From NCBI GenBank assembly GCA_045635225.1, contig JAZRBV010000050.1, forward strand, positions 2,427 to 66,426: a stretch of 64,000 nt of DNA, read 5' to 3'. The stretch comes from Eubacteriales bacterium (lineage in GTDB: Bacteria > Bacillota > Clostridia > Oscillospirales > CAG-272). The stretch's first letter is position 1. Every line of letters begins with the position of its first letter. A program made the position numbers and the translations under genes. The notes beneath the pieces are model-generated. The model did not search any database and was not told where the DNA came from. It saw nothing but the letters and a program-made list of their open reading frames with translations. This document shows positions 44,001 to 49,314 of the stretch, piece by piece.

Positions 44001-46799
44001 CCCGCTGTTGTTGCAGAGCCTGTAGTAGTTGCCGAGCCTATCAAGACTAAGAAGGCTAAGAAGGTTAACGTAGACGGCCTTGTAACCATCGCCGCTCCCG
44101 TAGCACCTGTTGTTAAGGCTCCTGTAGCACCTGCCGCTCCCGTAGCACCTGCAGCACCCGTTGCTCCTGCTCCCGTAGCTGCTCCCGCTCCCGCACCTGT
44201 TGCTCCCGCTCCTGTAGTTGTAGCACCTGTTGCAGAGCCTGCTAAGTTCGAGCCTATCGCTAAGCCTATTGCGAAGCCTCTTGTAATGCCCGAGGCTCCC
44301 ATCATTCTCACTAAGTCTGCCGAGACTGCAGAGATCGTTACTGCAGCACCCGTCGCGACCGTTGTTGAGCCTGTTGTAGAGGAGACTCCCGCAGTACCCG
44401 TAGCACCCGTGGCTACTGCACCCGCAGAGCCCGTACGCATCGTCGTTACCGAGCCTGCACCTGCCGCAGCACCCGCCGCTCCCGCAGCGACCATTGTTGC
44501 CGCAGCAGCTGCTAACGTTGCACCCGTAGTAGTTGAGCCTATCACCATAGCTCAGCCTCCCGTTGTAATAGTTGCAGATCCCGTAATTCCTCCCATTAAG
44601 GTCGTTCTTGGCAATACCGAGCCTGAGGAAGAGGTCGTAGAGACCGAGCCCGAGGTAATCGAGGAGATCGTCGAGGAGATCGTTGAGGAGGTAGCTCCCG
44701 TAGAAGAAGAGACTCCCGTCGAGGAAGAAGCTCCCGTCGAGGAAGAGGCTCCCGCAGAGGAAGAGGCTCCCGCAGAGGAAGAAGCTCCCGTCGAGGAAGA
44801 AACTCCCGTCGAGGAAGAAGCTCCCGTAGAGGAAGAGGCTCCCGTAGAGGAAGAAACTCCCGCTGAGGAAGAAGCTCCCGTAGAGGAAGAGGCTCCCGCA
44901 GAGGAAGAGGCTCCCGTAGAGGAAGAGGCTCCCGTAGAGGAAGAGGCTCCCGTCGAGGAAGAGACTCCCGTCGAGGAAGAGGCTCCCGCAGAGGAGGAGG
45001 CTCCCGCAGAGGAAGAGGCTCCCGCAGAGGAAGAGGCTCCCATTGAGGAGATCATCATCGAGGTTGAACCCATCGAGGATGCTCCTGCAGAGGAGGCTAC
45101 CGAGATTGTAGAGCAGCCCGTCGTTGTACCTCACGGTCCCGATGAGGGTACCATGATCATCAACGGTCAGGTAGTACTCGTTCACTACAGAAGCTCGTTC
45201 ATGTCCAGACTCATCCAGTCCGAGGGCGCAGTTCAGGATTACTACAACGTGATCAAGAACGTACTTCTCTCCTACAAGGGTGTTAAGGCGAGAACCAGCT
45301 GGAGCTGTGAGTCCTTCAATAAGGGCAGAATCCAGTGCTCCAAGATCAACGTAAAGGGCAGAACCCTTACCGTATATCTCGCACTCGATCCTAAGGAATA
45401 CGCAGAATCGAAGTATCACTTCACCGATGTATCCGGCAAGCCTAAGTTCGAAAAGGTTCCTATGCTTGTCAAGGTAAGAAGCGACAGAGCTCTCAAGTAT
45501 GCTCTCGAGCTCATCGAGGAAATGATGAACAAGCTTGAGATACCTCAGGGTGAGATCCAGAACGTTGATTACCATATGCCTTACGAGGAGACCGAGGCTC
45601 TCGTTGAGCGCGATCTCGTAAAGGTTATCCTTCCCGCAGGCGTAACTCTTGATGATAATGCTAACGTTGTTAAGCTCGACGTTGGTGAGCTCATCGAGAA
45701 TGCAAAGGCAGAGGCTGATGCGAGAGCAGAGGCTGAGCCCGAGGTCGTTGAGACCGTCGAGGAAGCTCCCGTTGAGGAAGCTCTCGTCGAGGAAGCTCCC
45801 GTCGAGGAAACTCCCGTTGAGGAAGAGACCCCCGCAATCGAGGATCTCGTAGCAGACGAGACCACCGAGGACACCAACACCGATGACGTGAACGTAGGAT
45901 CGCTTCTCAAGTTCATTGGCGACGGCGTTGATGAGACCGAGACCGTCGAGGAGGCAGTTGAGGAAGAGGCTGTTGAGGCTGAGCCCGAGGTTGTCGAGGA
46001 GGCAGTTGAGGAAGAGGCTGTTGAGGCTGAACCCGAGGTTGTCGAGGAGGCAGTCGAGGAAGAGGTCGTTGAGGCTGAGCCCGAGGTTGTCGAGGAGGCA
46101 GTTGAGGAAGAGGTCGTTGAGGCTGAACCCGAGGTTGTCGAGGAGACAGTTGAGGAAGAGGCTGTTGAGGCTGAACCCGAGGTTGTCGAGGAGACAGTTG
46201 AGGAAGAGGTCGTTGAGGCTGAACCCGAGGTTGTCGAGGAGACAGTCGAGGAAGAGGTCGTTGAGGCTGAACCCGAGGTTGTCGAGGAGACAGTTGAGGA
46301 AGAGGTCGTTGAGGCTGAACCCGAGGTTGTCGAGGAGACAGTTGAGGAAGAGGTCGTTGAGGCTGAACCCGAGGTTGTCGAGGAGACAGTTGAGGAAGAG
46401 GTCGTTGAGGCTGAACCCGAGGTTACCGCCGAGGAGGCTATGATGACTCCCGACGAGGAGGGCAGAGTCCACGTTGACGCAATTCACGCAGACGAGCTCA
46501 TAACCGACGAGGAGGCTGAGGCAAGCATCGAGGTAGTTAAGACCGCTGCTAAGAAGTCCGGCGGCAAGATGGTAGAGATCAACATCGACGTCATCTGCGA
46601 GAACTTCGAGGACGGCGACACCGTAACTCTCGACTCACTCAAGGCAAAGAGACTTGTTCCCGCAAACGCAGGCAGACTTAAGGTTCTTGCTCGCGGCATT
46701 ATGACGAAGAACAACATCGTCGTAGTTGCTGACAAGTTCTCGCTCTCCGCTGTAAAGATGATCACCCTCGCGGGCGGTCGTGCCGAGCAGCAGAAGTAA
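35097..46799 (+). CDS. Giant (3,900 aa) single-pass membrane protein with a uL15-like C-terminal domain
   Basis: The ORF is uninterrupted. A signal peptide is present (MRKSRKLMTTVVSLLVTCIMLIGTLLPSVAA). It is followed by an acidic helical region, Ig-like repeats and seven ~136-aa tandem modules. A TM helix (WHIVIAVVAVLVILLIVLLIL) is followed by RRRGG..., then a Pro/Ala/Val-rich segment and acidic repeats. The last ~75 aa align to the ribosomal protein uL15 C-terminus. Confidence 0.9.
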   Translation: MRKSRKLMTTVVSLLVTCIMLIGTLLPSVAATVDGIAGWKTVENVLKEDAPSAGGEVEGGVDTGWLEIVYGTDENGKQFIDVILSPSKEELKSVSKAELVSILTAVIDAAKALVVDEIMNSWKDENLPDDPTSDEGLGDADSGSIWEIALNLYIDNAGYTGDTAEERYLAFFEDIVKNDASVEKLVIFVRDKINLALRLGLVTVDELKDITSEKLTTMVNDLINEYVDSYAKDHIGDYINYDKLDAAIKGYFENFGDVNAYVPKDLIEEKVIEKIEEVLNNKENRDEYVNDYLRGLLTDYLGGVAIDPAVKAEIEAELKNMLLGDYYEEVKEELTDTLLGEIQDRLENDAEFKADVVDKLTQKVKDDAEFRAEIAKKFTEQVKTDPEFRAEIAAQFTEDLKADPEFRAEIAAQFTQDLKNDDEFRAEITDKFTEQITPEVVADAKVAANEAVTDYLAYYRGDRDDLPLDAEGYKKFIYAELDNVLVEKIREAYPSSEFPYVDFTKNELPLIREHDLLDLKPQVMVEINAVLNSEVNGKPYLDDVIDQNYDTIEAEIRKQVEAKLASNEYDDEIAAEVDKMLAGSEFDAEITAKVEEKLAGDEFNAEIEAKVNEMLAGDEFDDELKAEVEARLDEFFGDELDAEAKRLFEDEIDNEIREEIERIFDGNHDVVAEMKKYVSEDTLREKIENLDVTQFGFSDEKVDELINDYLPGYFADAANREKVIKEFLGKYETVEDYALANYEEYKDYAFEYALDEMFGITRAEFDNRLAYIAGKLAAAAQAEAEAYEALPEAPTLTPEDLLKEIESVTVDGNVVLTVETVAGKVTPKIDFNAVKALIAALPSLSEITKMETLALDWDIAIATTFGDTAFNVEIELATFDDEVKKAIQLFIDHVKIGITEDNTLSVSITLPEIVTELFNRACATGRFSPALKQKVFKLMTATPADFIEIYKSFTFEDFIAIIEAADLERLVNNKYYDAATGKLIDNPYVDRALQNKLVDYIKNYVSIPELDGEDVDKVLEFVGNLTNEKILNYVESKEWLFDKAMAKSIHYIDALVAKIPDRFINNPCFMSMFYEGPEKFGFEQSLTVDLYELELELRKNLPERFAKYESAIIFVMGELRSRFGDYVTAGIDLNVTVPDVSKITFMVGDEVYLEGVLPNGAYVLQFVDLKEYEGREVLGWVDENGNKVTYKPDGETVLYAVLEEYASAEFAITADAAFTVDNGTYTFVYDGQTHTLTVAPTSAGLTSDDVTVTWYKDAISAENIVAEGATLTLGSLADAGTYYYTVTVADDAKFDPKYYESEAVTVVALAPITDADIAVDITVTDKAGNVIVPADLVYVPGEEYTFTADVTVANTALADLPFGSYSYQWYVSDTSDFADAVKIDGATDSTYTVSGNAQATKYYFCEFVFEYDTVTASSVDHVGFGVEKAGIDASTFWAVADGTVYIYGETVSVLAADFAEKYAGLLNVEYGAGFGTEVGTATAKITLVDSDNYYMYLDGATVTESTLSITVIPALQFALTASDITAIYDPATNYDLTALESIALLGTTGTDGVSVVWERLVDGKWVEATALTLANVADSGEYRATATYVQAGKTQTASASVKVTVTPKEVMYTVNAEWWNVVADFTYNGKNHAISQDFFKTWEVAANIPENVSIAYSFAIANYLPGTYSVTATISPLNGDDNYVYSVSETHYTLHYTVKKASFDLGALKWYVNNGTETKLLESALVNGKLPAGPAYTVFLGGYENVYGDLVPSYSTNGANGYTDASKPVKYPSGNGGYETYFDGFTVVVEIDGDTFEHKLKDCYDVTGTITADAVKWDIAGLIFTCGDVIIIDSAAALLGYEVSVSVKDVSANGEHKIVNTKTYTPVYEYVITVTLDGEAVDAPAGDYVIIIPALENKESFLISYNSNGSGAAMVDETAVDGAFEFNATETAFGGTKFAVATLYTPVTPPEPEYDPVHKTEDGTVIVTDKNNTLKGYQISVTESIYKGQPQTLDGTHYLVKAGYRIAFVDKLGVEKEYTAEDLFEVSVLIPGEFVDTKFTVLVIDGDTVTVVDVDVVNGRAVFTASALSTVNFAIVTSGPIDPPTPPEYDINRTETFVDANGQEYTVVVVDTDKKLEAYETMIVEARNDLADSTEFGTIDGVNYVGHFGFNLRFVDVNTGATYSGTDSFSVTVTVPNLLGANFVLLGYNGTAWEVVADGTDYDVSNNTVTFETTLFSVFAFAEETISDDDYDGIHNGGIKENGEIIYNVTVLDDLTETLKGYTVIVNSGVVKEQPYVIGENQYKALFAYEIGFIDENYVLRTEYSGANQFSVTVDVPTALQGKTLYVIGENADGTAELLASTSGVAGATVRFFTTHFNYTNFVLAELVSGDAPDHKIEHNGSFDHFDGTTNSVTVYDPSYVLEDYTMNVGTIPSTLTSVTVGNNDYIVLGGFSILFRLDFEAYDGTDSTFTVNVTVPEVLRAQNLVLLAKRGGEWTVVVDSYGHTESIQFQTNTFGTFAFAKVKTGGGVTPPDEYDGIQSGTVDYTNGAEGDLLNVTVLDTNKVLEDYGITVGAINSLIGSKVEADGGNYKILVGFSIGFANIDGDPYVGTESFSVSIKTPGSLRGKTLVVLGRTADGWQVLTTVSDAGEQIAFTTTYFSDFAIAESYAPYQGQQQGSMNHENVDYNVTIVDPNHVLDGHQIVVSHAADVPTEVQLGETKYNVHLSYDISFGDLDLSENDKKFTVTLDVPVSLRDRKLTVIHYAADGTVEDMNAQYVRGSQYISFETTHFSIYAIAEKQSDTQGGDDSGLGINPWHIVIAVVAVLVILLIVLLILRRRGGRSIGGSRRIGRIGRSGYSRRGRGGRGGYRYDDRHYDVIDTIELYDDLKSAEWKAPTTVRIKAAEPAEIKLKDTAPIANGQARSRTETITVTERKVPTTDYRSKATGSGLVTEMPDTRVAIVPERVGSTTVIKPVINTVPVAQPTVVAAPAVVAEPVVVAEPIKTKKAKKVNVDGLVTIAAPVAPVVKAPVAPAAPVAPAAPVAPAPVAAPAPAPVAPAPVVVAPVAEPAKFEPIAKPIAKPLVMPEAPIILTKSAETAEIVTAAPVATVVEPVVEETPAVPVAPVATAPAEPVRIVVTEPAPAAAPAAPAATIVAAAAANVAPVVVEPITIAQPPVVIVADPVIPPIKVVLGNTEPEEEVVETEPEVIEEIVEEIVEEVAPVEEETPVEEEAPVEEEAPAEEEAPAEEEAPVEEETPVEEEAPVEEEAPVEEETPAEEEAPVEEEAPAEEEAPVEEEAPVEEEAPVEEETPVEEEAPAEEEAPAEEEAPAEEEAPIEEIIIEVEPIEDAPAEEATEIVEQPVVVPHGPDEGTMIINGQVVLVHYRSSFMSRLIQSEGAVQDYYNVIKNVLLSYKGVKARTSWSCESFNKGRIQCSKINVKGRTLTVYLALDPKEYAESKYHFTDVSGKPKFEKVPMLVKVRSDRALKYALELIEEMMNKLEIPQGEIQNVDYHMPYEETEALVERDLVKVILPAGVTLDDNANVVKLDVGELIENAKAEADARAEAEPEVVETVEEAPVEEALVEEAPVEETPVEEETPAIEDLVADETTEDTNTDDVNVGSLLKFIGDGVDETETVEEAVEEEAVEAEPEVVEEAVEEEAVEAEPEVVEEAVEEEVVEAEPEVVEEAVEEEVVEAEPEVVEETVEEEAVEAEPEVVEETVEEEVVEAEPEVVEETVEEEVVEAEPEVVEETVEEEVVEAEPEVVEETVEEEVVEAEPEVVEETVEEEVVEAEPEVTAEEAMMTPDEEGRVHVDAIHADELITDEEAEASIEVVKTAAKKSGGKMVEINIDVICENFEDGDTVTLDSLKAKRLVPANAGRLKVLARGIMTKNNIVVVADKFSLSAVKMITLAGGRAEQQK
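44694..45050 (+). repeat. 18-nt tandem repeat (~20 copies) encoding (A/T)P(V/A)EEE
   Basis: GCTCCCGTCGAGGAAGAA-type units are repeated head to tail, inside the giant CDS. Confidence 0.9.
45939..46424 (+). repeat. 48-nt tandem repeat (~10 copies) encoding EPEVVEE(A/T)VEEE(A/V)VEA
   Basis: Nine full units run from 45981 to 46412, with partial units at both ends. The 3' units are almost identical at the nucleotide level. Confidence 0.9.
46569..46796 (+). other. uL15 (ribosomal protein L15) C-terminal-like domain at the end of the giant protein
   Basis: MVEINIDVICENFEDGDTVTLDSLKAKRLVPANAGRLKVLARGIMTKNNIVVVADKFSLSAVKMITLAGGRAEQQK was aligned by eye with the bacterial uL15 C-terminus (VNLD.[11 protein letters not shown]...G.I......VKILG.G.L.KKLTVKA.KFS.SA.E.IEAAGG). 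Confidence 0.7.
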
Positions 46800-46851
46800 T
46801 TAAAAAAATCTCTCCTTCGCCGAGTGATCGGCGAGGGGAGAGATGAAAATA

Positions 46852-46886
46852 AAAAAGGATGTGATCCTCGGATCGCATCCTTTTTT
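46852..46886. terminator. Bidirectional terminator after the giant gene
   Basis: Stem GGATGTGATCC / GGATCGCATCC is flanked by AAAAAA and TTTTTT. A second hairpin (46809..46843) precedes it. Confidence 0.7.
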
Positions 46887-46948
46887 ATTTAACGGTAACA
46901 ATATTTAATCTTTAATTCAGCCGTTACGGCGGTTGATATAGCGGCGGA

Positions 46949-47515
46949 TCAGAGCGTCACCTTGAAATACACGGAATATGTATCCCCCTCGTCGCCACAT
47001 GATCTTGTGACGGTGAGGTGATCGTATTCCTTGAGGGTGGCGTCGCCCGATATGATCTCGCGCACATCCGTGTCGCTTACACCGTAGTAGCGAAGAATTC
47101 GGGCTACGGTGCGCTTGCCGCCGCTTACGATATCCCGATAGACGTTGATCTCGTGCTCGTCACCCACATTGCTCCAGGAGAAGATGTCGCCGTCGGAGCT
47201 GCCCGTTACCTCAAGGCGTAGCTTGTGTCTCGGGCGTACTGTTACGACTAGCGTTTTGCCCTCCTCGAGCGTGGTCGCTTCCTTAGTCGAGTAGGGACCT
47301 ATCGAGCGGATCTCCTCGGTTGAGAGCTTCACGATACGGAATAGATATATCAGTATAAATGCTATACCGCCGCCCGATGCGATTATCAGGGGATAGAGCT
47401 TTAACGCGCCCGTCATAATGCCGTTATTCATTATCGAAACTATGAGCACGATCACCGGCGGTATCAACGTCAGATACATTCTCGGCTTAGTACAGAAGAA
47501 ATATAGATTCTTCAT
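46949..47515 (-). CDS. Hypothetical membrane protein (two TM helices plus a soluble domain)
   Basis: 188 aa. The start codon overlaps the stop of the GH2 gene (TAATG). Confidence 0.6.
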   Translation of the reverse strand: MKNLYFFCTKPRMYLTLIPPVIVLIVSIMNNGIMTGALKLYPLIIASGGGIAFILIYLFRIVKLSTEEIRSIGPYSTKEATTLEEGKTLVVTVRPRHKLRLEVTGSSDGDIFSWSNVGDEHEINVYRDIVSGGKRTVARILRYYGVSDTDVREIISGDATLKEYDHLTVTRSCGDEGDTYSVYFKVTL

Positions 47516-49239
47516 TATTTTACCTCCTCGACAGCTTTTCGCTGTCTCTCCATCATCTCGCGCACTGTATCGGCGTCGAGCTTCAGATGCCGTCTGTCGT
47601 AGGTGAGTATACCGTTAGTCTCGTCTTCTACGTCGGAAATCTGGGTGTAAACCAGGGCAGAAACGCCATGCGCGAGTAGCGGCTCGATCTCCTCGGTGTA
47701 TAGACGCGTGAACGCCTCTCTGAAGCCCTCCTCTGTGTCAAAGAGCTTGTAACCGTAATTTGCACTGCCGAAGAGGTGTCCCTCAACACGGTGAGAATAG
47801 CCGCCAAACTCGCTGATGACAATGGGGCGGTCGGTGACGCGCCCGAGCTTTACCCTCTTGAAATATACGTGGCGCGAGTCAACGTCGCTCTCTCGCTGTG
47901 TGAACCAGCCGGAGGTAGCGTCGATAACTCTTGTCGGGTCGGCGCTCTTCACGAGGCGGTAGCACTCGTCAGCCGAGAACTGTCCCCAACCCTCGTTAAA
48001 TACGGTATAATAGACAACGGAAGGGAAGTTGTATAGATGCTCGAGTGTCGCGAGAGAGTGCTTTTTGAATATTTCTCTTGACACGGGGTCGCTGTGCCTG
48101 TGCCTGTCGGATAGACGCTTGAAGCCGATTGTCGGCAGTGCGGTATCGATGAGAAAGGAGTAGCTTGAGTTGTTCACCATATCCTGGAACACCGCCATGC
48201 CGAGCGTGTCGCAGAGATAATAGAAAATCTCGGGCTCGATCTTTATATGCTTACGCAGCATATTGAAGCCGCATTTTTTCGCCGTCAGTATATCGTTGCG
48301 GTAGCCCTCCGCCGTCGCGGGCAGGAACAGTCCGTCGGGGTAATATCCCTGGTCGAGCAGTCCGGTGAACAGATACGGCTTTCCGTTGAGGAGTATCCTC
48401 GGCACACCGTCGACCATGCCCGTCGTGATCTCACGCAGAGCAAAATATGAGGATATCTTATCCTCGTTGCACTCCACCGTAAATCTGTAAATATATGGGT
48501 CGTCCGGAGTCCAGAGATGGGGCTCATCCGGTCGTATTTCGCAACACGACCCCCTACATTCGTACACCTTCCCGTCATTTTCGAGCGTTATTCGCTTTAT
48601 TTCGTCACCGCCCGTAATCTCTATTTTTACGCCACTCATAGAGGGTGTGATCTTTAGCTTCTCAATATACCTATCCGGCACCGACTCGAGCCACACCGCC
48701 TGCCATATTCCGCTAACGGGCGTATACCACATGCCGCCGCGTTTGTCGGTCTGCTTGCCGTAGGGGTATCTTTTGTCGAGTGGGTCGCGCACCTCGAGTG
48801 CTATTTCAAAGCGGTCAGCCTCGCCCACCGCCTCGGTGATATCGAGCGTGAACGGAAGATAGCCTCCCTCGTGCTCTCCGACCGATACGCCGTTGATGCG
48901 GACCGTTGTGAAATTGTCCACAGCACCGAAGTGCAGAAGCAGCCTATCGCGCTTGAATCCGTCGGGTAGCATCACCGTCCTGCGGTAGTAGAGCGTAGAG
49001 CTCTTCGGTATCTCGCGCTCTATTCCCGAGAGGGAGCTCTCGGGTGGGAAGGGAACTAATATCCTCTCACCGTACTCCTCGGGCACGTCGCCATCACTCA
49101 CCGCGAAATCCCACTCTCCGCATAGCGAAAGATATGACTCGCGCACCATAGACGGGCGCGGATATTCACTCCATGGTGCGATCTTGTTCACCGTGTCGCT
49201 CCACGGTGTAGTGAGAGTCTTGTATACCGTATTTTTCAT
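47515..49239 (-). CDS. Glycoside hydrolase family 2
   Basis: 574 aa. It has a sugar-binding N-domain and a TIM-barrel segment NMLRKHIKIEPE...YTVFNEGWGQ, which includes the acid/base NE. Confidence 0.8.
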   Translation of the reverse strand: MKNTVYKTLTTPWSDTVNKIAPWSEYPRPSMVRESYLSLCGEWDFAVSDGDVPEEYGERILVPFPPESSLSGIEREIPKSSTLYYRRTVMLPDGFKRDRLLLHFGAVDNFTTVRINGVSVGEHEGGYLPFTLDITEAVGEADRFEIALEVRDPLDKRYPYGKQTDKRGGMWYTPVSGIWQAVWLESVPDRYIEKLKITPSMSGVKIEITGGDEIKRITLENDGKVYECRGSCCEIRPDEPHLWTPDDPYIYRFTVECNEDKISSYFALREITTGMVDGVPRILLNGKPYLFTGLLDQGYYPDGLFLPATAEGYRNDILTAKKCGFNMLRKHIKIEPEIFYYLCDTLGMAVFQDMVNNSSYSFLIDTALPTIGFKRLSDRHRHSDPVSREIFKKHSLATLEHLYNFPSVVYYTVFNEGWGQFSADECYRLVKSADPTRVIDATSGWFTQRESDVDSRHVYFKRVKLGRVTDRPIVISEFGGYSHRVEGHLFGSANYGYKLFDTEEGFREAFTRLYTEEIEPLLAHGVSALVYTQISDVEDETNGILTYDRRHLKLDADTVREMMERQRKAVEEVK

Positions 49240-49314
49240 ACATTTTTCCTTAGAGCTGAGGCTGCCTCAAATCTCGGTTTGAGACAGCCTCGCGTTTTCT
49301 TTATCTTTATTGAA

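Noticed and set aside
35115-46487. A 3,790-aa ORF on the minus strand, antisense to the giant gene.
   Set aside because: It is in exact codon register with the plus-strand gene, so it exists simply because the sense gene lacks TTA, CTA and TCA codons. Its translation is Leu/Asn/Gly/Cys-rich low-complexity mirror sequence with no signal peptide, RBS or motifs. The plus-strand ORF, by contrast, has a promoter, RBS, signal peptide, TM helix and recognisable domains. Shorter in-register antisense ORFs occur opposite many other genes here (2541-3605, 23940-25097, 32777-33997, 59257-60243, 60149-61144), showing that this is a codon-bias artefact.
49255-49295. The hairpin GAGGCTGCCTCAAA...TTTGAGACAGCCTC as a terminator for the CPBP gene.
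   Set aside because: On the minus strand, which is the coding strand of both neighbours, it is not followed by a T-tract. It belongs to the same CTCAAA/TTTGAG hairpin family seen at 6703, 30236 and 31033, but its terminator function here is uncertain, so it was not listed as a feature.
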